DNA of 48,293 nucleotides from a virus (taxonomy: Duplodnaviria; Caudoviricetes). Position numbers and translations under genes: made by a program. The notes beneath the pieces were generated by a model. The model saw only the letters and a list, made by a program, of their open reading frames with translations, ran no database searches and had not been told where the DNA came from. The DNA lies in IMG/VR virus record IMGVR_UViG_3300034965_000025, positions 1 through 48,293 of that record; one strand, given 5' to 3'. Shown here in pieces: positions 16,649 to 26,015 of this stretch; position 1 is the first letter of the stretch, and each line of letters starts with the position of its first letter.

Positions 16649-19600
16649 ATGATCAAGTTTATTGAATGCCCTGATTTTCATCTATCGCCAAGTTGGCTCG
16701 AAACCTCCAAGCAATGCGCGGCAGCGGTCCGGAAAGCCGCCATTGACAACCAAGTCGACTTCATCGCCTTTCCTGGAGACTTCTGGGACCGGCCGGTACT
16801 TGCCAGTGACCAAGGCGGCATCAACGCCGCCCGCGATATCATCAAGTCACTGGTTGCCGTCTGCCCGGTGGTAGCCATTGAGGGAACGCCAAGCCATGAC
16901 GCGCCAGGAGCATACGGTCCGCTGACTGACTGCGGACTGCAATTGCTGTACCCGGGCAAAGCATACACCAACCTGCCTGGCGTGGTGCTGTTCGGAATTC
17001 CGGAGCTCAACAAAGACGGGATCCACGCGGCGCTGTCTGCCAGTTCGGAACAGGCCAACCTTGAGGCCGAAGGCATGTTGGCAAATTACGTTGCCGAATT
17101 CATCGCCCCACACCGGGAGCTACACGCCAACCGGGTGGCCGTCTGTCTGATCCATGGGAACGTCACCGATGCCCGCCGCGAAAACATGCAAGACATGGTT
17201 CTGAAGGCTTCCGATATCCTGATCAGGACGGAAATTTTGGAACCGGCAAACGTTGACCGGTTTCCGGTAGGCCATATCCACATCCCCTGGGAGTCCACCA
17301 TTGTCAGCGCCGGGTATGCCGGTTTTACAGGAATCGACGGCAACCCATTCGGCAAGACCGGATTCAAACCAGCCATGAACCTTGTCGCCATTGAAGCCCC
17401 TGGATGCAAGCCGGTAATCACCAGGATACCCTACGGTACGCCAGAGCGCCGCAAGATCACCAAGCCGCTGGCCGTCTACGATCCCGATATCGCCTACTGG
17501 CTGGACACCGACGACCAAGCGGCAGAATGCCCCACCGGACACGCCTGGAGTCGGGTAACCCACCGGCCAATCGAGCGTGAATCGGCGCTGGTCGAAGTCC
17601 ATCAAGAAATGTCACTGCCCGAAATTTTCCGGGCTTGGGACAAAAACGTCACCGCCTCGGTAATCGAAAAAGTCAAGGATATCAGCCGGACGGTAACCCC
17701 GCAGGCGCTTGAGCCACTTGATATCCAGGTGGCATCGGTGGAAATTGACGGGTGCATTTTCTGGAAAGACGGCTACATCAAGTTTGACATTGCCGAGTCA
17801 CCAGCCGGAGTTTCCCGCATGGCCGGCCGCATGGGCGACGGGAAATCCAGCCTGCTTGGTTTCTGCACCCCGTACCCGGTAATCGTCGGCAAGGATACCG
17901 AATCTGGCCGGACTTCTGCCATCAAGGAATTCTTTAATGGCGAAAATTCCCGCATTGAAAAGATCATTTACCGAAACGGGATCCAGCACCGGCACCTGAT
18001 CACCATCAAGGCAGCTCATACCAAATCAGCCAAGACCGAATGCTATCTATACATCGGGTCGGAAAACCAGCTTGATACCACCAGTTTTGATGAAATGATG
18101 GAAAAATGCGAGGCGCTGTACGGACCGTATAGTGATTACTTGCTGACTACGTTTTATGTCCAGCCGTTGCAATCCAGCCAGGGTCCCGGGTTGATGGCAG
18201 CCAAGAAGGTTGACGCGCGTAATGTTGTCCAGGCTATTGCCGGGGTAAACCGGGAATCCGAGTCCCGGTATTCGCTGGACCAGAAGAGCGCGACCGGAAA
18301 GGCCAGGGATGAAAAGGCAGCATGGATCGCTGGTGCGGAACAGTTTGTTGAATCAAGCGAAAGCGTACAGCTTGCAATTGATACCATGTCTGAGATAGGA
18401 CGCGATGCCAGCAACAAGATGCAGCTCCTTGCCGAAACCGGGAAAACAGCTAAGCAGGAAGTAGACCAACTGCAATCGCTGGCCAATGCATCACGTGCAG
18501 AATCCGACCGGAAGGCTGGAAACGAATACCGCAAAACAGAACTGACTACCAAGAAGGCAGGATTGCAGTTTTCCGCTAACATGCTTGAGTCGAATAAAGC
18601 CATGCTGGTCGATATTCTGGCAGCAAAACAGATTGAACAAAAAAACACCGATCTGAAAAATGCCTATGATACCGCTGTCCTGGACTGGAACCGGCGATTG
18701 ATGGAAGCCAAACAAGTGGTAGCATTGGCCAACCAAACGGAAAGCAGCAAGTATCAGGCAGCGCTGCGAGAATACAACGCGGCATATCAGGCTACCGTTG
18801 ACAAGATCGACACCGAAAACACCACCAAGCGGAACCAGTACAACCAGGCAATGGCTGAATATTCTGCCAGGAAATCAGCGCTTGAGGCTGATCAGACCAG
18901 AATGGAGGCCATTACCGTAACCGCATGCATCAAGTGCGGATATATCGAAGAAACTGCCAGCGCTAAATACCAGGAAGCGCAGCAGCGCATCAATGATATC
19001 AGGATCCTGCTTGCTGCCATGGTCGAACCAACGGCCCCGCAGTACGCCACCAGGCCGACGCCGGAACCGCCAGTTGAGCCAAACTACCAAACTGAGCCAG
19101 AAACCCTTTCAGAACCCCTTCCAGAGCCTCCGGCATACCTCCAGGCTGAAACCCCGCCATTCAGCGAAGAGTCAATTCGCGCAAAAATCAGCGAAGGCGA
19201 GATTGCTGGATCCAAGATTGCCGAAATCGACAGGGAATTGGTCGCGCTTGCTGCAATGACCTACCAGATTGACGAAACCGTTGACGCCCGCCTCCAGGAA
19301 GCCAACGCCAAAACCGAATCACTCCGCCAGCAGTATGCCGATGAACGATCCCGGAAGGAAAAGGCAGAGCATGAAATAACGGCGCTGACTACCAAGTTGG
19401 AATCAATCGCCGGCCAGCTGGCGAAAATTCAGGAGGCCCGCCTGGCACTGGAGACCATTGAGGCCAACCTGACCGACTGGACCTACATAGCCAAGGCATT
19501 CCAACCGGCAAACATACCGGCGCTGGAACTGGAAATGTCGATCCAGGCAATTGACTTTGAGGCAACGCGTATCCTGAAGCCCTTCAGCGAAGGCCAGTAT

Positions 19601-19954
19601 ACCATTCGGACGGAAGCCGCCGACGGGTTTGACATTCTGGTTTACGACGGGGAAACCGCCAAGGAAACCAGTTTTTTCAAGCGAAACCCTGGGCACAAGG
19701 CATTTTTTTCGGACACCTACACCAAGGCGCTAATCAGGCAGCGGAACGAACGGCAGCACCGCAAATACAGCCCGATCATCATGGATGAGGCCGACGCGCC
19801 AATAGAAGTGGAATCGATCCAATCTTATTATCAGATGCAAGATGCGTATTTTGATAAACTGGATTCGCGGGTGTTCGTGGTTTCCCACAAGGGAACCGGA
19901 CATATCGTCAATACGATTGATGTAAAGGAGTTACAAAAGCATGGGAATTCGTAG
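16649..19954 (+). CDS. Fused Mre11/SbcD metallophosphoesterase - Rad50/SbcC ATPase
   Basis: DFH, GDFWD, GTPSHD, HG and GHIH nuclease motifs. Then GRMGDGKSS Walker A, Q-loop, coiled coil with CIKC Zn hook, IIMDEAD Walker B and VVSH. Confidence 0.9.
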   Translation: MIKFIECPDFHLSPSWLETSKQCAAAVRKAAIDNQVDFIAFPGDFWDRPVLASDQGGINAARDIIKSLVAVCPVVAIEGTPSHDAPGAYGPLTDCGLQLLYPGKAYTNLPGVVLFGIPELNKDGIHAALSASSEQANLEAEGMLANYVAEFIAPHRELHANRVAVCLIHGNVTDARRENMQDMVLKASDILIRTEILEPANVDRFPVGHIHIPWESTIVSAGYAGFTGIDGNPFGKTGFKPAMNLVAIEAPGCKPVITRIPYGTPERRKITKPLAVYDPDIAYWLDTDDQAAECPTGHAWSRVTHRPIERESALVEVHQEMSLPEIFRAWDKNVTASVIEKVKDISRTVTPQALEPLDIQVASVEIDGCIFWKDGYIKFDIAESPAGVSRMAGRMGDGKSSLLGFCTPYPVIVGKDTESGRTSAIKEFFNGENSRIEKIIYRNGIQHRHLITIKAAHTKSAKTECYLYIGSENQLDTTSFDEMMEKCEALYGPYSDYLLTTFYVQPLQSSQGPGLMAAKKVDARNVVQAIAGVNRESESRYSLDQKSATGKARDEKAAWIAGAEQFVESSESVQLAIDTMSEIGRDASNKMQLLAETGKTAKQEVDQLQSLANASRAESDRKAGNEYRKTELTTKKAGLQFSANMLESNKAMLVDILAAKQIEQKNTDLKNAYDTAVLDWNRRLMEAKQVVALANQTESSKYQAALREYNAAYQATVDKIDTENTTKRNQYNQAMAEYSARKSALEADQTRMEAITVTACIKCGYIEETASAKYQEAQQRINDIRILLAAMVEPTAPQYATRPTPEPPVEPNYQTEPETLSEPLPEPPAYLQAETPPFSEESIRAKISEGEIAGSKIAEIDRELVALAAMTYQIDETVDARLQEANAKTESLRQQYADERSRKEKAEHEITALTTKLESIAGQLAKIQEARLALETIEANLTDWTYIAKAFQPANIPALELEMSIQAIDFEATRILKPFSEGQYTIRTEAADGFDILVYDGETAKETSFFKRNPGHKAFFSDTYTKALIRQRNERQHRKYSPIIMDEADAPIEVESIQSYYQMQDAYFDKLDSRVFVVSHKGTGHIVNTIDVKELQKHGNS

Positions 19955-20345
19955 CGCATTTTTAGAAGGAAACCTGACCAGAGACCCGGAAGCCCGTCCG
20001 GTAGGCGAATGGACGGTGGTCAATTTCAGTATTGCCTGCAATGAGTCGATGAAGCAGCAGGACGGCACCTACAAGGACAAGCCGCATTTTTTCGACATGG
20101 AATACTGGACCAAGAAGCCCCAGTATTGGCTGACCAACATGGCCAAGGGGAAAGGCGTGGTTTGCGAGTGCGAACCGATCCAGGACCGATGGGAACAGGA
20201 TGGGCAGGCCAGGAGCAAGGTCAAGTTCAAACTGACCAAGCCGCCGGTACTGCGGTCATCGGCACAGAATGCGATGGACAAGCAGGCTGAACCGGCGCAG
20301 GCCCCGCAAGGCGGAAGAATCGACGACGACGAGATTCCTTTCTGA
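19941..20345 (+). CDS. ssb: Single-stranded DNA-binding protein
   Basis: EGNLTRDPE, FSIA.N and KG..V motifs; C-terminal DDDEIPF. Confidence 0.93.
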   Translation: MGIRSAFLEGNLTRDPEARPVGEWTVVNFSIACNESMKQQDGTYKDKPHFFDMEYWTKKPQYWLTNMAKGKGVVCECEPIQDRWEQDGQARSKVKFKLTKPPVLRSSAQNAMDKQAEPAQAPQGGRIDDDEIPF

Positions 20346-20354
20346 TAACAACAA

Positions 20355-20374
20355 AGGCGGCCAATTGGCCGCCT
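20355..20374. terminator. Palindromic hairpin between convergent ssb and lysis genes
   Basis: AGGCGGCCAATTGGCCGCCT flanked by A/T-rich sequence. Confidence 0.65.
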
Positions 20375-20873
20375 ATTTATTTATTGAAGCCCCGGCCCAA
20401 AGCCCAAGAGCAAAACCTCCCAGCAGCCCGCCGCCACCAGACAGAAGACCGACTTCAATGCGGCTTCGGATCTGGCTTTTCAGTAACTCATTTTCAATTC
20501 GATAAGCAGCAATCTCTGCATCTTTGGCATCAAGGACTTTTTGGTGCGCCTTCTCTCGCTCGTCTGATGAGATCAATATCGCTTTCACGGTGTTTATTAC
20601 TGTCTGATGATAGGTCTCGTCCTGTATCGACCAAGTCCCCCAACTTTCCAAGCTGTCTGCCATGCTCGTCAATAGCGGCTTGCTCGGATCGCTCGGCGGC
20701 TGTTGATGCATCGGAGGCTTTAGCCACTCGGGCAGCTGCCACGCTTCGCTGACCGGCTTCTGTGAGCCCCCAGATGATTGCGCCGATAATGACAATCCCG
20801 ACAGGCACAAACAGAAGAACACGAACCCAAACAGGGCGAGCCTTGAACCATTCCCAAATTTTTTGTATTGCAT
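20373..20873 (-). CDS. Spanin-like protein (N-terminal Cys-containing signal, coiled coil, C-terminal TM)
   Basis: LALFGFVFFCLCLS signal and GLLGGFALGLWAG TM; last gene of the lysis cassette. Confidence 0.5.
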   Translation of the reverse strand: MQYKKFGNGSRLALFGFVFFCLCLSGLSLSAQSSGGSQKPVSEAWQLPEWLKPPMHQQPPSDPSKPLLTSMADSLESWGTWSIQDETYHQTVINTVKAILISSDEREKAHQKVLDAKDAEIAAYRIENELLKSQIRSRIEVGLLSGGGGLLGGFALGLWAGASINK

Positions 20874-20877
20874 TCAT
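20530..20877 (-). CDS. Rz/i-spanin-like protein (N-terminal TM plus coiled coil)
   Basis: VLLFVPVGIVIIGAIIWG TM followed by an Ala/Glu/Arg helical region; overlaps 20373..20873 in another frame. Confidence 0.5.
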   Translation of the reverse strand: MNAIQKIWEWFKARPVWVRVLLFVPVGIVIIGAIIWGLTEAGQRSVAAARVAKASDASTAAERSEQAAIDEHGRQLGKLGDLVDTGRDLSSDSNKHRESDIDLIRRAREGAPKSP

Positions 20878-21098
20878 TTTTCCTTACCTTTTTCTTTGAT
20901 GACATCCAGTGTCTTGGATGCCGCAAAGGCCCCTGCTCCCGCCCCGAAAGCCATGGGATCAAACCCCTGGGAGGCAGCGAACCGGACCACCGATACTATC
21001 ATGAGAAAAGCCCCGGCCATTTTCATGAAATCGCCTTCATTTTCATTGTCGGTGAAGTAACCATAGATGTGCTGCAATGCGGCCTTCATCTTTTCCAT
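20874..21098 (-). CDS. Putative holin (2 TM, basic C-tail)
   Basis: 74 aa with two hydrophobic segments and a KEKGKEK tail; adjacent to the endolysin. Confidence 0.55.
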   Translation of the reverse strand: MEKMKAALQHIYGYFTDNENEGDFMKMAGAFLMIVSVVRFAASQGFDPMAFGAGAGAFAASKTLDVIKEKGKEK

Positions 21099-21099
21099 T

Positions 21100-21717
21100 T
21101 TATACCTTCTTTGGTACGAGTACGCACCGCTTTGAATTTATCTTCTGCTCTTTCAAAAGATAAAGCAGATCAGCATGAGCCATGGTAATATTATCACCGT
21201 ATTTGACCTCGTAACCAGTCCGGTAATCACCATAGCTATCGTCCATTATCCAGCTGTTTACCACCATGGTTGCCGGATCATAATCAATCCCAACCAATGC
21301 GGTAATATGGTCAATGTCTTTATCGGTGGTTTTATAATGCCCTGATACCACGCAAGATCCACCAGCAATAATGCAATCGCGCATTTCTTCCCATTTGGCC
21401 ATTCGGAACGACGCTGAATCATGTTTCCCAAGCCATTTAGCTAATCCAAGCGCCAATGGTGCCATCCATTGATTGATCGGTATTTTTCCGTCAGGGTCGT
21501 ATGATTTCCACAATCGGTTGCAATCCTGGTCGAGCCGTATGAACATAAACAGATCGTCAGCCGGTCTTGGTGAAAGGCTCCGGCGTAGTGCCATCACGTC
21601 CCACCCGGCAGCCTGAGCTGCGTTGATACATGCCGTCACATTGCAGGTAGCTAACGGTTCGTTGACATTTTTAAGCTGCGTCCAATTGTCTTTTCCTACT
21701 GAATTATTTACTATCAT
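21100..21717 (-). CDS. Putative endolysin, C39-like (papain-fold) cysteine peptidase
   Basis: Q.....TCNVTA (Cys), HITALVG (His) and DDSYG (Asp) motifs; lysis-cassette position. Confidence 0.7.
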   Translation of the reverse strand: MIVNNSVGKDNWTQLKNVNEPLATCNVTACINAAQAAGWDVMALRRSLSPRPADDLFMFIRLDQDCNRLWKSYDPDGKIPINQWMAPLALGLAKWLGKHDSASFRMAKWEEMRDCIIAGGSCVVSGHYKTTDKDIDHITALVGIDYDPATMVVNSWIMDDSYGDYRTGYEVKYGDNITMAHADLLYLLKEQKINSKRCVLVPKKV

Positions 21718-22022
21718 CAGCTACCCCCAAAAAGCTTGAAACCAAGAAACCCCAACAACGCCAGTATTGACGGAACCCATAGGGCAAGTCTATCGCCGGC
21801 AGCCAGTCGGTTTTTACCCTTGGTTTTAATCTCTTCAACAGAACCGGCAACGGCCGATATGGCATTAATTACATTATTATGCCTGGTTATTTCTTCCATT
21901 TTGTGTGCAGTTATCCATTCGTTTGCTTTACTTTGATCGTCTTTCATCATGCCAACATCCTCGGCAAGACGGCGAAATTTCTCTTCAAGTAATGCAAGCC
22001 GTGTATTTTCATCGTTTGCCAT
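21717..22022 (-). CDS. Coiled-coil protein with C-terminal TM (XhlA/holin-accessory-like)
   Basis: RLALLEE coiled coil and C-terminal hydrophobic helix. Confidence 0.55.
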   Translation of the reverse strand: MANDENTRLALLEEKFRRLAEDVGMMKDDQSKANEWITAHKMEEITRHNNVINAISAVAGSVEEIKTKGKNRLAAGDRLALWVPSILALLGFLGFKLFGGS

Positions 22023-22638
22023 TTTTCAATTCCTTGACCATTTCCAAGAGTTCAAGCCCAGACGTAACCGCATCTTTTAATTGATTTTGGGTTTTATATA
22101 ATTCAGCAGTCATCTGGTCTATCTTGTGGTTCAACTGCATTTCTTTTGATGCATCAAATTTTCTGGCTTTGTCAACGGTTGCCCTAAATACAATCCAGAT
22201 AGATGTTATATGGACTACAACAAATATAATCCAGTTAAATCCATAGACAAATGTTTCACCCTCGCGTACCGATGTTGCAAGATACATGGCGTAAATCAAC
22301 AAAACAGATACTGCCATTTTTATTTTAGGGTATTTATTATAAGCACCATATGAGTAAAGTATAAAAAAAATATTAGTAAACAAAGCAAGGCTAAGATAAT
22401 AATTCCCCTGCATAATAATACCAACGCAAACAAGTAAAATCATTATTACCTGTAGCGTTTTAAGTAACTTAGATTCAATAAAAATAGAAAGAAAAAAAAC
22501 AATAATGCAAGCGATTGTTATAAAATCAAGATCAGAAAATAGCTGAATACCAGTAACATACCTGGAAATCATGGTGGAAATAAAAACCAAAGAGGCAAAA
22601 GCAGTATACAGGATGCCAATGCCCCTTTGAGTGGTCAT
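22009..22638 (-). CDS. Polytopic membrane protein with C-terminal coiled coil
   Basis: About 5-6 hydrophobic helices; AT-rich coding sequence. Confidence 0.65.
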   Translation of the reverse strand: MTTQRGIGILYTAFASLVFISTMISRYVTGIQLFSDLDFITIACIIVFFLSIFIESKLLKTLQVIMILLVCVGIIMQGNYYLSLALFTNIFFILYSYGAYNKYPKIKMAVSVLLIYAMYLATSVREGETFVYGFNWIIFVVVHITSIWIVFRATVDKARKFDASKEMQLNHKIDQMTAELYKTQNQLKDAVTSGLELLEMVKELKNGKR

Positions 22639-23019
22639 TTACACGCCCCACCAGCCGGAGTAGGCTTGTTCAACCGTGAGGATCTTGGCAACCGCGGGGA
22701 AGTTTTTTTCCTCAGATTCAAGCAATGGCTTCAGTTCATCAGCCTCAGCCCTGGCATCGGTGTCACCATGTTCTTTGGCGTAATGCGCCAGGACATTCAG
22801 GTTGCCAAGCTGAAGGCAATATTCCCGCATGTCTTCATTGTCGCATGGCCAGTCAAACATAAACGCGATCCGGTCAATGGCAGATTCGCCATTTATGCGA
22901 CCAAAAGCCTTGTTTTCCATTTCATGGTCCCAAACGATTTGGGCCACCGTTGACCGCTTGTCAGCGTAATGCGCCCCGCACAAATGCGGTGCCTGGATGA
23001 ATAAATCACGAACGCTCAT
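22639..23019 (-). CDS. Hypothetical protein
   Basis: SD AGAGG; downstream of the tail fibre gene. Confidence 0.55.
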   Translation of the reverse strand: MSVRDLFIQAPHLCGAHYADKRSTVAQIVWDHEMENKAFGRINGESAIDRIAFMFDWPCDNEDMREYCLQLGNLNVLAHYAKEHGDTDARAEADELKPLLESEEKNFPAVAKILTVEQAYSGWWGV

Positions 23020-23030
23020 TTTTTACCTCT

Positions 23031-24092
23031 TTACCATTGGTTTATATAAACCGAAAATTTAAAACATATAACATCGCCAACACCAGCAAATACAGACCCA
23101 TTTTGCGGTGAAGACGGATTTATGGCAGGAACATAATCATCAAGAGAAAAATTAATGTAATTCGCCGAAGCAAACGACATTATATTACCTCTTTTATTTG
23201 TATTCGCTGATCCGTTTGACCGTATCCAATTACCAATTGCAAAATTGGACGAAACAACTCTTGGCGTCCAAGCTGCAACTGGCAAATTTATCCTTGCCTC
23301 TGACGCGGTAGGAGTACCAGCGGCAAATCGCCCCTCAACATCGAGGCGCGGACCATTTTGGAAAAATACCACTTCGACACTTGTTATTGTCCCAAACCCT
23401 TGAGATCCAGGAGTATACGGCACTGGTATGTTTGGGATAGTTTTAAGATTTCCAGCAAACACGACTGATGGACCAGTCGCCCAGGTTCCGGCCGTCGCCT
23501 CGGTCAGCAGCAAGTACCCGATCAATCGTATCGCAACGTTTGATCTTGCGGTGGTAGAATATAAGATTCCCAAACCATCAGCAGCGCCGGCACCGCCCTC
23601 TGCGGTTGTGCTTTGAAGCTTTGACTCATTGAAATACGCACCTGACGACCAGGCAAGCTCGATTGCACCAGCATTGTTTATGGCATAGACATAAATAATG
23701 CCCTCAGACGCTGACTTAAAACCGGCAGTTGAACCGGACGAAATAACAGTATTTGTGGCAGCCACAGCATCAACAGATGTACTCGCGCCATCAGTAACCG
23801 TCGATGACCGAAACCCAATTCGCACACGGCCTTTATCGGATGCCGGATCGGTGGTTCCATTCTTTTGCTTCAACGCAATTGTTAAGGCATTACCTGAAAC
23901 CGAAGCAGCCAAACCAACGTTCCACAAGGCAGCGGGATCATAAGCAGCCGCATCAAGCCCAAGCTTAAACGCATTTTTTGACTTAGAAACGTACGTCCCG
24001 CCATTATATTCCGAAACGATCAGTAAATCACCGTCGCCAAAATCGGTGGTCTTTACCGGTAATTCACTGACTTTTATAAGTTCGGTTGCCAT
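23031..24092 (-). CDS. Tail fibre / receptor-binding protein
   Basis: N-terminal KVSELP motif, Gly/Ala/Ser/Thr-rich; last tail gene. Confidence 0.6.
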   Translation of the reverse strand: MATELIKVSELPVKTTDFGDGDLLIVSEYNGGTYVSKSKNAFKLGLDAAAYDPAALWNVGLAASVSGNALTIALKQKNGTTDPASDKGRVRIGFRSSTVTDGASTSVDAVAATNTVISSGSTAGFKSASEGIIYVYAINNAGAIELAWSSGAYFNESKLQSTTAEGGAGAADGLGILYSTTARSNVAIRLIGYLLLTEATAGTWATGPSVVFAGNLKTIPNIPVPYTPGSQGFGTITSVEVVFFQNGPRLDVEGRFAAGTPTASEARINLPVAAWTPRVVSSNFAIGNWIRSNGSANTNKRGNIMSFASANYINFSLDDYVPAINPSSPQNGSVFAGVGDVICFKFSVYINQW

Positions 24093-26015
24093 TTAGTCAC
24101 CTGCCAAAATATTGCCATTCTCTGTGCCGAGGATGAGCACGTCATCCAGGATTATATCACACGCGATGGTATTCAGTCCATCTTCGGTCTCGACGTAATA
24201 CGTATCGTCCTCTGTTCCAAGCCCAACCTCACCACCTGAGTCCATCCGGAACAACAAAGTCCTTTGCTCAAAGGGCACACGGTCAAGGATTCGCAAGGTT
24301 ACCGTTACGGTTTTTTTATCGTAATTAGGTTTATACCGAAGCACCTGACCAACTATCACGCCAAAAAATTCACGGCCAGTAAAATCACCGGAATAATATT
24401 CGGCCCGGCCAAGCGCAGTATCAGCTTGCATTATGTCGTAAATCTCAACTCCAAAATATTTGTCGCCAAATAGATCGAGTTCAATAGTTCTGATAGGGTA
24501 CCGATATTCAACCGACTTAGCTACTGCCATGTTATTTGCCAGCGTTGCATCGTTCAGCAATGACGGTATAGTGTTTGTATTCGACCATTGATAATTTTCT
24601 TTTATTTCATTGACATAGGTGTTTACTGTTTTTGGCCTATATGTTCCATCGGTATAATCTTTGTCGTACTGTACCGTTACTTCACCGAATAGATATTCGG
24701 ATGATTCTACAACAGTAAGCTTGTCATTATTTATAATATCAAGATTTCCGACAAACCAGTCAATACCTCGTGTTTTATCGTCAATACGAATTGTTTTTAA
24801 TCCATCATAAGTTATGTCAAATCTAAACGATGGATAAATTCCGTTTTGTATAATCGGTATGATATCAAGAATATCTTTTTGTTCGTTTATAATAAGTCCG
24901 CAAGTTGGTAATGTTACCTTGTTTGCGTTCCACTCGGTCAAATTATAAAACTGATCAGTAAATGCCTGGCCAAGATACCGTGAATATAAATCAACTATTA
25001 TGTCGCTTGCATATACCACCGGTATTCCTGTCACGTCAGCCTGGCAAGCGTATGGATCTTTTCCGGCAGCACTGCGCCCACCGGAAATGGTGAACGTCCC
25101 GTTGGCAAGATCGGTGCCGGTCACCGTAGCGGCAGTCCAGGTATCGCCTATTTTAACACGAACGGCATGGATGGTAGTCAAAAATTCAGCGCACCGAAAT
25201 GTTGCGTCTGTCGTGCCGGTTTGATTTGCGGTAACTGGAAAACACTTGGCAGCCCGAACGCGACCGTAAATCAGCGGAACGAATGCCCCATCGTCGGAGT
25301 CGTTTAGGTAAGGGTAGGTAGTGGCGTCAAAAACCCTTGTCGGAACCTGCTTGTTGAGTTTCCGAATATCCTGCAATGCCAGCGAAACCGATTGCTGGCC
25401 GTGCTCGACTTTTTCCACGTAGTAAAATGCCTGGGGGACGGCATCACCAGCCGACACGAATCCGTCTACTATTTTTTCGTTCTGAATGTATGACAGCATG
25501 GCCGAATTGCCGATGATATTTTCATCCTGAAGTGAATCCAGGACACCAAACATGTTTGTCAGCTTGATATCAGTGGCCAGCAGCTTCAGCCGGCCGTATT
25601 CTTTTATGTCTTCCGACCGTTCGATGGACGGGGTATCGGTAACCAGTGGCAAGTATTGGGTCGAACCAATATAAACCACCGACGAATCGGAATATCCAAC
25701 GCCCTTGCCGTATTGGATGACCACACCATCAGGAACCAGCAAATGGTCCATATGTATCCAGAGCGTTGTCCCGTCAAAATACCAGCTCGATTCGGTAGCC
25801 AGGCAGGTGGCGTATGAGTCGGCGATATAGTACTGGATATAATTTATAAGAACGTCCAATATTATTGGCGATTCTGAAACCGTAACCGCTGGAGCCCCTA
25901 AAACGCTGGACCAATAGCTTGCCGTTGTATAGCTAAAACGCATGCCGACCACAAAAGCGTCGGTGTACCATAGATGAGTAGCGCGAACAGTGTTGGCAAG
26001 AGTTAAAACGATCAA
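24093..26015 (-). CDS. Tail tip/hub protein
   Basis: 640 aa, beta-rich, VPLIYG motif; downstream of the tape measure. Confidence 0.6.
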   Translation of the reverse strand: MIVLTLANTVRATHLWYTDAFVVGMRFSYTTASYWSSVLGAPAVTVSESPIILDVLINYIQYYIADSYATCLATESSWYFDGTTLWIHMDHLLVPDGVVIQYGKGVGYSDSSVVYIGSTQYLPLVTDTPSIERSEDIKEYGRLKLLATDIKLTNMFGVLDSLQDENIIGNSAMLSYIQNEKIVDGFVSAGDAVPQAFYYVEKVEHGQQSVSLALQDIRKLNKQVPTRVFDATTYPYLNDSDDGAFVPLIYGRVRAAKCFPVTANQTGTTDATFRCAEFLTTIHAVRVKIGDTWTAATVTGTDLANGTFTISGGRSAAGKDPYACQADVTGIPVVYASDIIVDLYSRYLGQAFTDQFYNLTEWNANKVTLPTCGLIINEQKDILDIIPIIQNGIYPSFRFDITYDGLKTIRIDDKTRGIDWFVGNLDIINNDKLTVVESSEYLFGEVTVQYDKDYTDGTYRPKTVNTYVNEIKENYQWSNTNTIPSLLNDATLANNMAVAKSVEYRYPIRTIELDLFGDKYFGVEIYDIMQADTALGRAEYYSGDFTGREFFGVIVGQVLRYKPNYDKKTVTVTLRILDRVPFEQRTLLFRMDSGGEVGLGTEDDTYYVETEDGLNTIACDIILDDVLILGTENGNILAGD

